A DNA stretch of 64,000 bases, taken from NCBI GenBank assembly GCA_030390025.1, contig CM059427.1, positions 188,542,001 through 188,606,000 of the forward strand. The letters are read 5' to 3'. Source of the DNA: Squalus acanthias (lineage: Eukaryota). The position numbers were made by a program, and so were the translations under genes. Under the pieces are notes generated by a model. That model worked only from the letters and a program-made list of their open reading frames with translations, was not told the DNA's origin and did no database searches. Of the stretch, positions 10,663 to 21,603 are shown piece after piece (position 1 is the stretch's first letter; each line of letters begins with the position of its first letter).

Positions 10663-11260
10663 TGGCCTGGAGTTTCTGCTTCGGGTGCAATCGGCGATCC
10701 CAGCGCAAATTGCAGCTAAAGTTGTGCTCGTTATCAGAAGAGCTTTTTTTCCCCTCAAACTCATTTGCATATCGCCAAATTTAAAACCTGCCATGAACCA
10801 GTATTTTAGAACGTAACCTTTAAAAAGAATATTTTTGCTTTAAATAATAATCCCTGATATAATGAAGAGTGGTAATTGGTGCAGTTTTATTAACACAGAT
10901 CACAATGGGTTTCTCACAAAGAATAAGCATTTTTAATCAGTGTCTATCCACCACCTGTGAGTGACCCGATTTTAAAAAGCTGAAAATGAGGTTAAAAATC
11001 TGTACAGAACCATTTACTAGTTACATTGGTGTACAGCAGTCAGTTTCGAAGTAAATTAAAAAAAACTTATATTCAAAAACTTTTAAAACATGCCTATTAG
11101 TGTCCCTGCGCCGAAAAAACCCGCTTAATTTTAAGAGGCTCCTCGAAGGTCCACAAACAGGCACAATTACCGGAAACTCCCCACGGTGATTAATTCGATC
11201 TGTGGGTTTGGCCAAGCTTCTAGTGCTATTTTTAAAAAACTGTAGTTGAGCTGAAACCAC
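10663..11260 (+). mobile_element. Truncated MITE of the family at 29349 and 44858
   Basis: Shared GAGTTTC.GCTT.GG..CAATCGGCGAT head, CTCATTTGCATATC and GGAAACTCCC blocks. Confidence 0.6.
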
Positions 11261-11463
11261 AGAATTTTGATCCCAGACACTTCGTGGTATAACACTCCTT
11301 TCATTATGAAACAGCAGATTCTCTGATTTACCATGAACTCTGCCATTTAAGATTCTCCAGTAATATTTACAATAATAGATTGCAAGACTGTCCCCTTTGC
11401 GACCCATACCGAAATGATTTTGAACATGATAGTTCCCATTTTGAGCTACCCTCTGTTTCCTAT

Positions 11464-11977
11464 TGTTGTAGGGGCTAATCGGAGCCTTAAGCGGACTAAC
11501 CGTGAAGGAGAGTTGACGCGTTACCCGACTTAGCCCGACTGAGCAATAAAACTCAAACACCAATTTACACGGTTAAATGCGGGAGTACACTTTATTCAGA
11601 GCGCCAAGGGAGAGAATTGATGCACCCGCGTGCAGTCACCGACCTCTGAAATAAGTCACTCCGGGGCACAGTATTTTATACATCCATCATTGATTACATC
11701 GTGCTCACATGAGCATGTGATAGTCATTAGAATCCAATCAATTTTATGTATACAATTGTTAAGCATAGTAAATCAATTAACGTCAGGATACAGTTGATGT
11801 GATCAGCCTCGTCTATGTGACAGTGTTATCTCGAGCCCTGTATGTTGCAACGTACTGACAAGGCAGACTGCCAACCCATTGCAGCATGTAAAAAGTCCTG
11901 TGTCAGCGAATTTAAAGTTCATTAACTGGATGAGTTTTTCTTCTCCGACATTTCTTTAATAATTTTCTTCTCCAACA
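11464..11977 (-). repeat. 3' LTR of minus-strand ERV
   Basis: About 7 substitutions versus 17173-17686; preceded on the minus strand by PPT AGAAGGGAG (11978-11986). Confidence 0.95.
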
Positions 11978-13465
11978 CTCCCTTCTGTTGGTCCGGGGGC
12001 ACGACCTTCTTGCCCCCAGGAAACCACTGCTCCGTGCCTCTTCACAGGGTCGACGCCACAGCCACTGGCTCATCTCTTGAGGGCTGGCTACCCCGGCGAC
12101 GGTGTCATGCGTTTCCTCCATGGGCTGGAGATCGGTGTATCCTTCCTTTTCTTCGTCTTCGAGCAACGGCTCCTCTTCCCGTACGGCGCTGACTGACATT
12201 AGCTGGGTTGTGGCAATCTTACAACATGTCTTTAACAAGGTTATCAAGCAACATACAGTGACACATATCATCACTATCACAACCATTACGTGCATAATCC
12301 AGGGGCCCCATTCTGTTAGCCCCAACCATTCTAGCCATGACTGTGTCGGTTCCCAGTGTAATTTCTTAATCTCTTCCTTCATGTGATTTACCAAGTTGGT
12401 GATGTTTTCCGAACTATCAGGGATGTAAGTACAACACTCTTGCCCGATCACCGCGCAAGTGCCTCCTTCCTTTGCAAGCAGGTAGTCCAGTGCCATCCTG
12501 TTTTGCATGGCCACTGTCCTGAGGGCTACCATTTCTGCACTTATTTCTGCAAGGGCTTCTGTGGTGTCGTTGGCTACCTTCTCGAGAATTTGGGCATTGT
12601 TAATGATTTCCCGTGCTAATTTACCCACCCCCCAGTGGGGGAAGGCGACGGCGAAGAATCGCTCAGTCTCCGTAATTCCTCGCCTGGTTCGATAACAATG
12701 GTGCTCCGTGAGGGATTTGAGATGGTATACATAAGGCATAACGTATCCCAGGTAACATGACCCGGTCCAATCTCTGGGCAGCCATGGGTACGCCTTGTGC
12801 CCGCATATAAAATATGTTCCATTGTAGGCCGTCATATCCATGTTTGCCCGAAAGATAGTGAAACCCATCTGACTATCTGTGGCCCATCGGGTCCCATTCC
12901 ACGGTTGGTTACTCGTTAAGTTTAGCAGACCAGTGGTATTAAACCACCAGCTTTCAAATGCCGTGTTCCCCTCCTCATATGTCACAAAGGTTTGGGTGCA
13001 ATTACTATTTCCTGCCTCTAGGTTCACCTTCACCCCTCTACTTACACTCCTTGTCCAACATATTTCCCCGACGGGTCTTCCGACCCCGGTTGTGTTTGTT
13101 AGGGCGAGGAAGGGTGGATCTTTACTAGAGTTGTACTTGGGTTTGTAACATCCCTTAAATTGTTCCAATGGGTACCCTCCACCTCGGAACTCCTCCCTCG
13201 TGACGTCATGATAGCTGTTCTGGTCATTAAGCGCAAATTCTGCTAGTTCCGTGAGATTCAGGGGTATGGGCCGCAGTGGTATCCCACCCTTACTGTGGAT
13301 CGGAATATGACTACACACCCAACAGCTACTTTGCCCTGTCTCCTTTACGTATTCATACGACATATATACAAAGGTATTCACCTGGAGCTCTCTTCGCTTA
13401 CGGGAGCCCCTTTCCATTCCCGAAACAATGCATGTTAACGCTATTAAACACAGTGGTATCCCCAT
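11912..13465 (-). CDS. env: Intact gamma-type envelope glycoprotein (517 aa from ATG 13465), tail running into the 3' LTR
   Basis: Signal MGIPLCLIALTCIVSG; CWVC (CxxC); furin RTRR; ISD MQNRMALDYLLAKEGGTC; CX6CC CAVIGQECC; TM WIMHVMVVIVMICVTVCCLITLL. Confidence 0.95.
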   Translation of the reverse strand: MGIPLCLIALTCIVSGMERGSRKRRELQVNTFVYMSYEYVKETGQSSCWVCSHIPIHSKGGIPLRPIPLNLTELAEFALNDQNSYHDVTREEFRGGGYPLEQFKGCYKPKYNSSKDPPFLALTNTTGVGRPVGEICWTRSVSRGVKVNLEAGNSNCTQTFVTYEEGNTAFESWWFNTTGLLNLTSNQPWNGTRWATDSQMGFTIFRANMDMTAYNGTYFICGHKAYPWLPRDWTGSCYLGYVMPYVYHLKSLTEHHCYRTRRGITETERFFAVAFPHWGVGKLAREIINNAQILEKVANDTTEALAEISAEMVALRTVAMQNRMALDYLLAKEGGTCAVIGQECCTYIPDSSENITNLVNHMKEEIKKLHWEPTQSWLEWLGLTEWGPWIMHVMVVIVMICVTVCCLITLLKTCCKIATTQLMSVSAVREEEPLLEDEEKEGYTDLQPMEETHDTVAGVASPQEMSQWLWRRPCEEARSSGFLGARRSCPRTNRRECWRRKLLKKCRRRKTHPVNEL

Positions 13466-13669
13466 TTTTATTTGGAAGCAGGCACTGTCTATCACCGCGT
13501 CGTTGCCGCTTCTGGTAGCACTCTTATATTAACATACAAACATAACATAAAAACACAGTAGTTAGTACACCAAATGCAATAAGCCAAAGCACGAATGCAA
13601 ACAGGTAAGGTAATTGGACATTTACGGGTCGCTTGATCTGTAGGTAAAAGAAACACAAAGAAGCGCCCA

Positions 13670-15385
13670 TTAGTTCATCTTTTCTCCATATATTTTTAAT
13701 TGTGTCCAATGTTTCCAGACTCCCTTCCCCCTTATGTCCAGACAGGCACAGGTATCACCACTAATTATAATTTCGTAGGGTCCGCTCCATTTTGGAGCGA
13801 AGCCTGGCTTGTCAGGCAGGACCTTCAGCATCACTTTGCTGCCCGCTGACGGCACGGAGGGTGTCATGACACCCTCCTGTGCCTGATCCTGAAGTTCCTG
13901 ATTGTCTCGTACGGCTTGGCGCATCCCCTTCAGTTGGGTGCTAAGCTCTAAGACATAACGCCGTAGTCTGTCCTTTAAGGGGCCCACATCAGCCCCACCT
14001 GTTATGATGCCTTCTGGTAATTGCATCGCCCTTCCTGTCATTAGTTCATAAGGGGTCAGGCCTGTCGTACGATTCGTGGTGGCTCGTAACTTCATTAGGA
14101 TAAGGGGTAAAACCTCAACCCATGTTTTCCCAGATTCCTGTATTGCTTTTGCTAAAGCATTTTTGAGTGTTCGATTCATTCTTTCAACCATTCCCGAGCT
14201 CTGGGGGTGGTAAGGGATATGGAACTTCTGTTTGATCCCCTTCAGCTGACAAATATTCTTTACTACACTCCCTGTAAAGTGCGTTCCTTGGTCAGAGTCA
14301 ATTTGCAAGGGCACTCCCCACCGCGGGATTACTTCCTCGGCCAGGATTCTGGCTACCGTTAAGGCCGTGCAATTCCGCGTTGGGAAAGCTTCTACCCACC
14401 TTGTGAACTGGTCACTTATCACAAGGCAGTATATTTTTCCGTGGGACTGGGGAAGTGGTCCCGTAAAATCAATTTGTATGTGCTCCCAAGGACCTCGGGG
14501 TCTTGGCTGGTGGCCCATTCTAATTTTAATAGGCCGGCCAGGATTATGCTGAGCACAAGTGATACATCGCTGACAGTGCCTCGCGATGTCTCTTCCCATC
14601 CCCTTCCACCACCAATCCTTACTTATTAAGGAGCTCATTGCCTCTCTCCCTGTATGTGAAATACCGTGATGTATCTCTAGCAGAGTCTGTTGTATGCACT
14701 CCGGTGCTACTACTTTACCTTCTTTTCGCCAGACTCGATCGGATCCTACTCCAGCTCCATTTCTTACCCATGTTTCCTTTTCCGTGTCTGATGCTTCGTC
14801 TTGGACTTCCCAGATCTTTATTTCATTCTCCGGGCTGTCTACGCTGCCCACCGGTACTTCGTTTATCTCCTCCTGTTCTAGAGCTGCCTGTGCTGCCCAA
14901 TCAGCCGCCTGGTTCCCCTGGTGGCTGTCCCAGTCTGGGCTTGTCTTGTCTGGTTCTTTCTGATGGGCCTTAATTTTGATAACTGCCACCTGTTTAGGTC
15001 TTTTGCTTGCTTCTAGCAAGGCCTCTATTCGTCCCTGATGTTTGATGGGGTTACCTCCTGTGGTTATATAACCTCTACGTCCCCATGCTGTCATGTAGTC
15101 ATGCACTACCCCGAAGGCATACCGGCTATCTGTGTATATATTGACTACCTGGTTCTTTGCTTCATTCAATGCTTGAGTCAACGCGACCAACTCTGCTACT
15201 TGGGCTGATAAGCTACCGTCTAACCGTCCAGATTTAACTACTTCCATCTTACTATTAACTACTGCCCACCCGGTTCGGGGTTGTCCATTAATATATTTAC
15301 GGGATCCATTTACATAGAATGTTTCCTCCACTTCCTCTAGAGGGGTGTCTTTGATAATCTCTTCTCCAATGTCCTTGTCTATATT
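13670..15385 (-). CDS. pol: Pol remnant: RNase H plus integrase (no PR, no RT)
   Basis: RNase H FYVNGS / SAQVAEL / YTDSRYAF / GNQAAD; integrase H..H..CITC zinc finger, IDF, DSDQG, MVERMN, KWSGPY. Confidence 0.9.
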   Translation of the reverse strand, partial: NIDKDIGEEIIKDTPLEEVEETFYVNGSRKYINGQPRTGWAVVNSKMEVVKSGRLDGSLSAQVAELVALTQALNEAKNQVVNIYTDSRYAFGVVHDYMTAWGRRGYITTGGNPIKHQGRIEALLEASKRPKQVAVIKIKAHQKEPDKTSPDWDSHQGNQAADWAAQAALEQEEINEVPVGSVDSPENEIKIWEVQDEASDTEKETWVRNGAGVGSDRVWRKEGKVVAPECIQQTLLEIHHGISHTGREAMSSLISKDWWWKGMGRDIARHCQRCITCAQHNPGRPIKIRMGHQPRPRGPWEHIQIDFTGPLPQSHGKIYCLVISDQFTRWVEAFPTRNCTALTVARILAEEVIPRWGVPLQIDSDQGTHFTGSVVKNICQLKGIKQKFHIPYHPQSSGMVERMNRTLKNALAKAIQESGKTWVEVLPLILMKLRATTNRTTGLTPYELMTGRAMQLPEGIITGGADVGPLKDRLRRYVLELSTQLKGMRQAVRDNQELQDQAQEGVMTPSVPSAGSKVMLKVLPDKPGFAPKWSGPYEIIISGDTCACLDIRGKGVWKHWTQLKIYGEKMN

Positions 15386-15473
15386 TTTTTTTACAACTGT
15401 GTGGGGCTCCTGTTCCCAGGATCCCCTCAGCTGGGTTCTCCCCTATGTCTCCTTTTACGGGGGCCGCTGACTG

Positions 15474-16808
15474 TCACTGTGTCTCTTTCCACTGTTGATA
15501 TTGTCTCTTTTCTTCGGGGGTCATGGTGACGTGGGTCGTCTCAGGTCTGCCATGTTTACTGAAACAAGTGGCCTCAGTATGGCCCTTCTTATTACAGTAA
15601 GTACATGTCTTCTTAGCCTTACAATCTCTAATAAAATGTCCAGGCTTCCCGCAACCATGACATGCCCCCTTGGGTCCCGCTGCCTGTTTTACCGCACTTA
15701 CACTTTCCTGTTTAACCTTGACTGTACCTTCCTCTTTGGCTTTTAACCCGTCTACCCCACAAGCCCACTCTACTAGGTCATCGTAATTCCTGGTTGTTAC
15801 TATGCCCATCTTGATGATAGCCTGGTGTGCGGGAGACAAGCCATCTTTAAAGGCCTGAATGAAAGCGGGGTCAGTTCTTGCCGGCCCTGGTTGACCTGAT
15901 GACTCTCCATAAACAATAAACAGCCTTTCTCCATATTCGGAGGCCCCCTCGCCCTTTTGCTGCTTACAGGACGTTATCTTACTCCAATTAGTCGGGGCCT
16001 CTCCTAACACCCGCTGGATTTCTGTTTTAAACAGATTAAAGGGAGCCTGTTGTCGGTCTATTGTATCTGCCAATGGACATTGTTCAGTCCATCGACCGGT
16101 CTTATAATCCGTATTGGCCTGATTGGGGGTGGTCTGCGTGAGGCGCCATCGGTCGACCGGACATGCTGCCCGGACCAACTGATGAACGTCACGCAGGTGG
16201 AGGCTGTGTCCCAGCCAAACCATATCTAGGTTTGCCCAGAACTTGGTGTTGGCACTTCGTGTTTGTAAGTTCCCCAGGTCTTTCAAAATCTGTTGTCTTT
16301 CTCCCGGGGTAAAAGGCTGAAAATCCGCCCTTGCCCCGGCGGCACCAAGCTGGCCCCTCATTCTAACGGGGGCCGCAAAATATTCTTCTGTTGTATCCCC
16401 AACTGTTTCTTCAGTTGGGGCTGTTGGTCCGGAAAGTCCGTACGGGGGGAGTGGATCTGTGTAACACCCCGTCCACCTTCCGGGACACATTCTACTTTGT
16501 TCTTGATTTATTCCCTCTAGTATTTCTATCTTCTTTTTAAAATCTGCTATTTCTCTGTTTTTGGCCTTATCAGTCTCTCGGACCTTATCTACTTGCTCGA
16601 TTAGTCCCGCCAATTGGTGTACCAAAAGAACTCCCGTTTTCTTGGTTTTCTCCCTTTTTTGCTTACGTACCCACTCTCGTTGTGACTCTAATGACTGGCT
16701 AACATCCCAGCCATCTTTCTGCATTCTGTCTATCAGCGAACGTCTATCTGTCATGTAACTATTAATAAGGGACCCCGGGGGCCCCATCTTAATGTCCTTA
16801 CCTGACAT
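15474..16808 (-). CDS. gag: Gag (444 aa) with MHR and two CCHC knuckles
   Basis: QQKGEGASEYGERL; CHGCGKPGHFIRDC and CTYCNKKGHTEATC; LPPY and PTAP late-domain-like motifs. Confidence 0.95.
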   Translation of the reverse strand: MSGKDIKMGPPGSLINSYMTDRRSLIDRMQKDGWDVSQSLESQREWVRKQKREKTKKTGVLLVHQLAGLIEQVDKVRETDKAKNREIADFKKKIEILEGINQEQSRMCPGRWTGCYTDPLPPYGLSGPTAPTEETVGDTTEEYFAAPVRMRGQLGAAGARADFQPFTPGERQQILKDLGNLQTRSANTKFWANLDMVWLGHSLHLRDVHQLVRAACPVDRWRLTQTTPNQANTDYKTGRWTEQCPLADTIDRQQAPFNLFKTEIQRVLGEAPTNWSKITSCKQQKGEGASEYGERLFIVYGESSGQPGPARTDPAFIQAFKDGLSPAHQAIIKMGIVTTRNYDDLVEWACGVDGLKAKEEGTVKVKQESVSAVKQAAGPKGACHGCGKPGHFIRDCKAKKTCTYCNKKGHTEATCFSKHGRPETTHVTMTPEEKRQYQQWKETQ

Positions 16809-17152
16809 CGCCCGTCCGCTCTCCGATCACACTCTCCAGTAAACACTCACCGCCTCTCTTCACTCTCCCGTCCTTCTGGACTCGCGAACTCGTTTACCGA
16901 CGTGTCTAGTTGCCTGGAGTTCCGGATCTCGCAAGCACCGCCCGCAGACTTTATCACAGGTTTTACTCTGTACCTTTAACCTACGGCCCAAAAATTTGAC
17001 ATTGTAATGCAGAATACTCACAACGATTCCCCCTCTGCCTTCCGAGAATACCCGGACCAAAAACCCCTATAAAGTGTACTCTCGCAAATCCCCTCAGATT
17101 CTTTCGGTTACTCGAGCCCGTTAACACTTGATCAGGGTGTCGGTACTCAGTA

Positions 17153-17170
17153 ACCCTGCTCGCAGCGCCA
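17153..17170 (-). promoter_or_regulatory. Primer binding site, probably tRNA-Ser
   Basis: TGGCGCTGCGAGCAGGGT 2 nt after the 5' LTR; complementary to an ...CCCTGCTCGCAGCG-CCA end resembling vertebrate tRNA-Ser(CGA/TGA). Confidence 0.75.
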
Positions 17171-17172
17171 AT

Positions 17173-17686
17173 TGTTGTAGGGGCTAATCGGAGCCTTAAG
17201 CGGACTAACCGTGAAGGAGAGTCGACGCGTTACCCGACTTAGCCCGACTGAGCAATAAAACTCAAACACCAATTTACACGGTTAAATGCGGGAGTACACT
17301 TTATTCAGAGCGCTCTGGGAGAGAATTGATGCACCCGCGTGCAGTCACCGACCTCTCAAATAAGTCACTCCGGGGCACAGTATTTTATACATCCATCATT
17401 GATTACATCGTGCTCACATGAGCATGTGATAGTCATTAGAATCCAATCAATCTTATGTATACAATTGTTAAGCATAGTAAATCAATTAACGTCAGGATAC
17501 AGTTGATGTGATCAGCCTCGTCTATGTGACAGTGTTATCTCGAGCCCTGTATGTTGCAACGTACTGACAAGGCAGACTGCCAACCCATTGCAGCATGTTA
17601 AAAGTCCTGTGTCAGCGAATTTAAAGTTCATTAACTGGATGAGTTTTTCTTCTCCGACATTTCTTTAATAATTTTCTTCTCCAACA
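17173..17686 (-). repeat. 5' LTR of minus-strand ERV
   Basis: Near-identical to 11464-11977. Confidence 0.95.
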
Positions 17687-17824
17687 CTATTTTGAGCCAA
17701 TTTTCTATCTCAGCTCAAACGTCCACAGCACCAATGATGTCTGAACCCTGAGCTGAAAGGGAAGAGGAAGCTCGCCTGCCCTGTGGTTTCACAAGAGACA
17801 ACGTCAATTACTTTGTGCGGAGCA

Positions 17825-17914
17825 ATGACTGAGAACCTCAGTGTGTTGTGTGTCACTGTGCTGGGAGCTTTGCTGCTCAGTCTCTGGACTACTTCACTAG
17901 TCTCTTCCCACAAG
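17825..17914 (+). other. Candidate orphan signal-peptide exon MTENLSVLCVTVLGALLLSLWTTSLVSSHK
   Basis: ATG 17825 (A/G at -3), hydrophobic core, donor AAG|GTAGGC (phase 0); GAGGAAG and TGTGGTT motifs just upstream. Confidence 0.4.
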
Positions 17915-18029
17915 GTAGGCAATCTTACTGCAAACATTCTTTTTAAAGGATTGATTTAAATGTGGTTTAAATAACTGATCACATTTTTCAAAGATGTTGC
18001 ACCCTTCAGATTAGGTGAAGTCTTAGATT

Positions 18030-18162
18030 AGACTGCACCTGACGAAGGAGCAGTGCTCCGAAAGCTTGTGATTTCAAATAAAGCTGTTGGACTATAACCT
18101 GGTGTTGTGCGACATCTCACATTTGTCCACCCCAGTCCAACACCGGCATCTCCACATCATGC
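18030..18162 (+). mobile_element. Penelope pLTR remnant with hammerhead-like motif
   Basis: CCTGACGAAGGAGCAGTGCTCCGAAAGCTTGTG...GGACTATAACCTGGTGTTGTGCG, shared with 47625-50300; CCTTCAGATTA on both flanks. Confidence 0.75.
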
Positions 18163-19534
18163 CTTCAGATTAAGCAGGGGCAACATGTACTTCTTTATAT
18201 GGTTTCATCTCCTTTTTCATAAAATTAAACTAAGGTGGTTTCTTACAACTCAATGACTGCCGTCTGCTATTTTACACATTTTAAGCTTTCCTGCTTGTTG
18301 CCTGGTTGATATAAAATTTTTGTCTTTAACTGGATTTGTTTTTTCTGGTTTCCCAAGTGATGCTCAGGTTCTGTTTGAGGTTTTCATTGTCCTTCAAAGT
18401 TCTGCTGGCGATTCAGTTCTTTGACTAATCAGTGATGCCCATTTTAGTTGAAAACGTCTCCCAGAGAAATAGGAAGTAAAAGAGTGAAAAAATAAAATGT
18501 AAGAGAAGAGATGAACCATTACGGGCAAACTTGATTGGCAGCCCTTAATGTGGGCTTGACGACTGCCCCTACTTTTAGTTCAGCTGCTCCAGTAAATATG
18601 ATACAGGGAAAAGCAGAAGCTCTAATTGAACAAAGGATCTGCCTGAAACCCATTACCTTATAAATTTGCTCGGAAAGCACAGCAATTACACCTTGCAGTC
18701 TGAAATCGTCACATTGAGTTATCACAGTTTCTCTTTATCAGCACAGTGTGTGTGAGATGGTATAATGCTCCTGCCCTTATAAACCAGCCTCTGACCTACT
18801 GTGAGCAGCACCATAGCAGATACACTACCTTTAAAGAATTCTGTTTGGAAATCTATAAACAGAAGGATCATTGTCTATTTACGGTCATTTGGGTCTTTAA
18901 AATGTCTGACCATAATGAAATTGTTATGAGCTTGTGCAACTGGTTCTGACTCAGGTCATGTGAGTAACTCAAAGCAGTAGATGGTTATTTTAGTGTCAAC
19001 ATTTGTTTCTTACCCAACATCTAAAATAGATGTTCTGGTCATATATTTCATTGCTATTTGTGGAACTTGCTGTGCGCAAATTGACTGCCGCATTTACTAC
19101 ATTAAAAATGTACGTTATTGATTGTAAAGAGTTTTGGGATGTCCTGAGGTTGTGAAAGGCACTATAACTACATGCTACAGGTATCGTTGAGGCAGAGACA
19201 ATTGCATCTTTAAGGGAAAATTGGATAAATATTTGAAGCAGGGTAAGATTTAGGGCTATGAGAGAGAGTGGGGCAGTGGGATTAGTTTTGGATTGTTCTA
19301 GCAAAGTGCTGGCACAGACATAACGGGACAAATTCTTCTGTGACGTAATCTTCAATGTCTCTATAGAAAGGAGGGATGTCATTGAAGATTATATTGAGCA
19401 ATTATTTTTGTATCCATCAGAAAGAACCTTATCCTGGAGGTAGTCATTTACTTGTTAAGGTTCTGCCTGAGAACGTACACATGTATGTGTGTGCACATAG
19501 AGAGAAAAAACATGTATTTATATACTGCGCTTCA

Positions 19535-19690
19535 CATCGAGGCAGCATTTAACCATGTGTGGCACCAAGGAGCCCCAGTAAAACTGAAGTCAATGGGGAT
19601 CAGGGGGAATACTCTCCAGTGTTGGAGTCAAACCTGGCACAAAGGAAGATGGTTGTGGTCATTGGAGGCCAATCATCCCAAGATGAGGCC
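19535..19690 (+). mobile_element. LINE RT fragment
   Basis: AAFNHVWHQG...KLKSMGIRG...W. Confidence 0.6.
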
Positions 19691-19968
19691 ATCACTGCCC
19701 ATATTTTGGTAGCTCAGGATGCTATTTTGTGCCCTAAAAATGGGGGCTGTGCGTTGGAATTTTTTGGACTTTCAGTCCCATTCTCAAGATAGACTGCTGC
19801 CACCTCTAGGCTGCTGATTTGAATCATATGCAATCTCAATACAAGGAATTTCTTTGCTTAATACAGAGTGCACCAACCTGAGGGAAGATTATCAAACAGC
19901 TCACAACAACAACAACAACTTGTATTTATATAGCGCCTTTAACGTAGTTAAACGTCCCAAGGGGCTGG

Positions 19969-21603
19969 TGTAAGGGGTGACCTGTGGCTCTGTGCTTAGC
20001 CTGGGTGCTAGTGCGGGGTTAGGCCTTGTTGCCTGCTCTGGTCTCCAGCCAGCCTGGTAACACTAGACACCTGTGAGTGGTTCGACTCACTCGCCCTTAC
20101 GGTTCTGACACTGGACTTAGGTGCGAGAGCAATAATGCAGAGAAGACTCAGGTAGACCCGGTTGAATAGTGCGAAATGGAAAATCTTTATTGCATATTAT
20201 TCAAGATTACGAGATACATGTCATAAGCACAGATTAATGACAGTACAATCTTACACACAGTTATGAAACTAATTTTAGGGAAACGAGGAGCGCACGACAC
20301 ATCGTAAAAGGGGACACACATTATAATTATCCTTAAAACTTAAACCCTCCCCTATCAATACCTGTCCTAATCTAGATTTGTAGGATCGAGACTCATGCTC
20401 ACCACTCGTGATAACTCGGAGAATTCCGAAACTCTGCTCGGATGTTTTTACCGCAGCACCTGACTATCCATGTGTTGATCAGGGGTCTCTGTACCCCACT
20501 TGTTTACTCGCTTCTGCTCCGGCTAGCAGGCTGGACCGTCTGCTGTCATGAAGATCTGTGTTGCCCTCGGAGTTCTGATACTGCTCAAAAAAGAGTCTTC
20601 CTGTGCCCTACACCGGTTCGATAGAACTCGAAGAAGGGTCTTCCTGGGCCAGTTGTGGAGTAGCCGATAGAATTCAAAGAAGTGTTTATTCGACTTACAG
20701 GCGCGGTCGGGGCTTACTGACCGTGGCGATGCATATTGTCGTCTTCTTCTCTTCTCATCTCATCTCATCTCATCTCATCTCCTCTCGGGCCTTCGGTTCC
20801 AACACCGTTTACCGACTCCTCGGGATGGTGCGCCCGCCTCCAGGCCTCGCAGCCCAGTTTTCCACAGATCTTCGCGGCAAGCCACGAGGTTGATCCTAGC
20901 GGATCAGAGTCCAGAGCCGTCAGGCAAGAGAATAAAAGTTCAGCAGCCTTCCAGCGAGTCAAAGCAGCAAGAGAGAGATGGACGGTTGTACCTTACAGTT
21001 ATAGTGCTGTAATTCCTCTTTTCCCGCCCAATCTTAATGTCTATCTTTTGTCAGGGTTTTGGCACTCAAAATTCTTGTATGGGGTGATCTCAGTCTTTAA
21101 TGGGTTTCGGTGACACTTGTAACTGTCTGAGTACTCGTTAATATTTCTCCCATTGTGGAACCGGCTAGTAGTCTCCCTGGAGGGGTTTTGGGGCTTCCAA
21201 ATGCTTGCTGTGAGTACCCGCAAACGGCTCTCTCATCGTAGAGTCGTGGGGATTTTGCATATTAATGTCTTTGGATGGGTCCTTGATCGCTCAGTACAAT
21301 AGCCCTTGTTTGCACCTGGGAGACCGATTTCAGTATTCATGTTTAAAGTGTAAACCCATCGCGTTTTGTCATTATCTCATCATGTTGGATCTTTTTGATC
21401 TTGCACAAATGTTTATTGGAACGCCATCTTGTCTGACTACTGAAAGTCTAGAACTTTCTGCCACGAGGCGTGGCGGCCATTTTACAGGCTGTTTGTGTCC
21501 ATTTTGAAACCTGACAGCATTCTGCTGAAATAAAGCTGTTTATACGAAACTATATGTCTCCTTCTTATTTTTATAAAATCGCGATAATTTTGTGAATTCT
21601 ACA
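19969..21603 (-). mobile_element. Solo LTR family B
   Basis: Minus strand TGTAGAATT...CCCCTTACA; 3' region nearly identical to 7190-7280; TSD not clean. Confidence 0.85.

Larger units (their letters stand above)
11464..17686 (-). mobile_element. Provirus with both LTRs (gamma/epsilon-like ERV) lacking protease and RT
   Basis: Two 514-bp LTRs with TGTTG...CAACA termini, TSD CTAT (11460-11463 and 17687-17690), PBS, PPT, gag, RNase H-IN, env. Confidence 0.95.
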
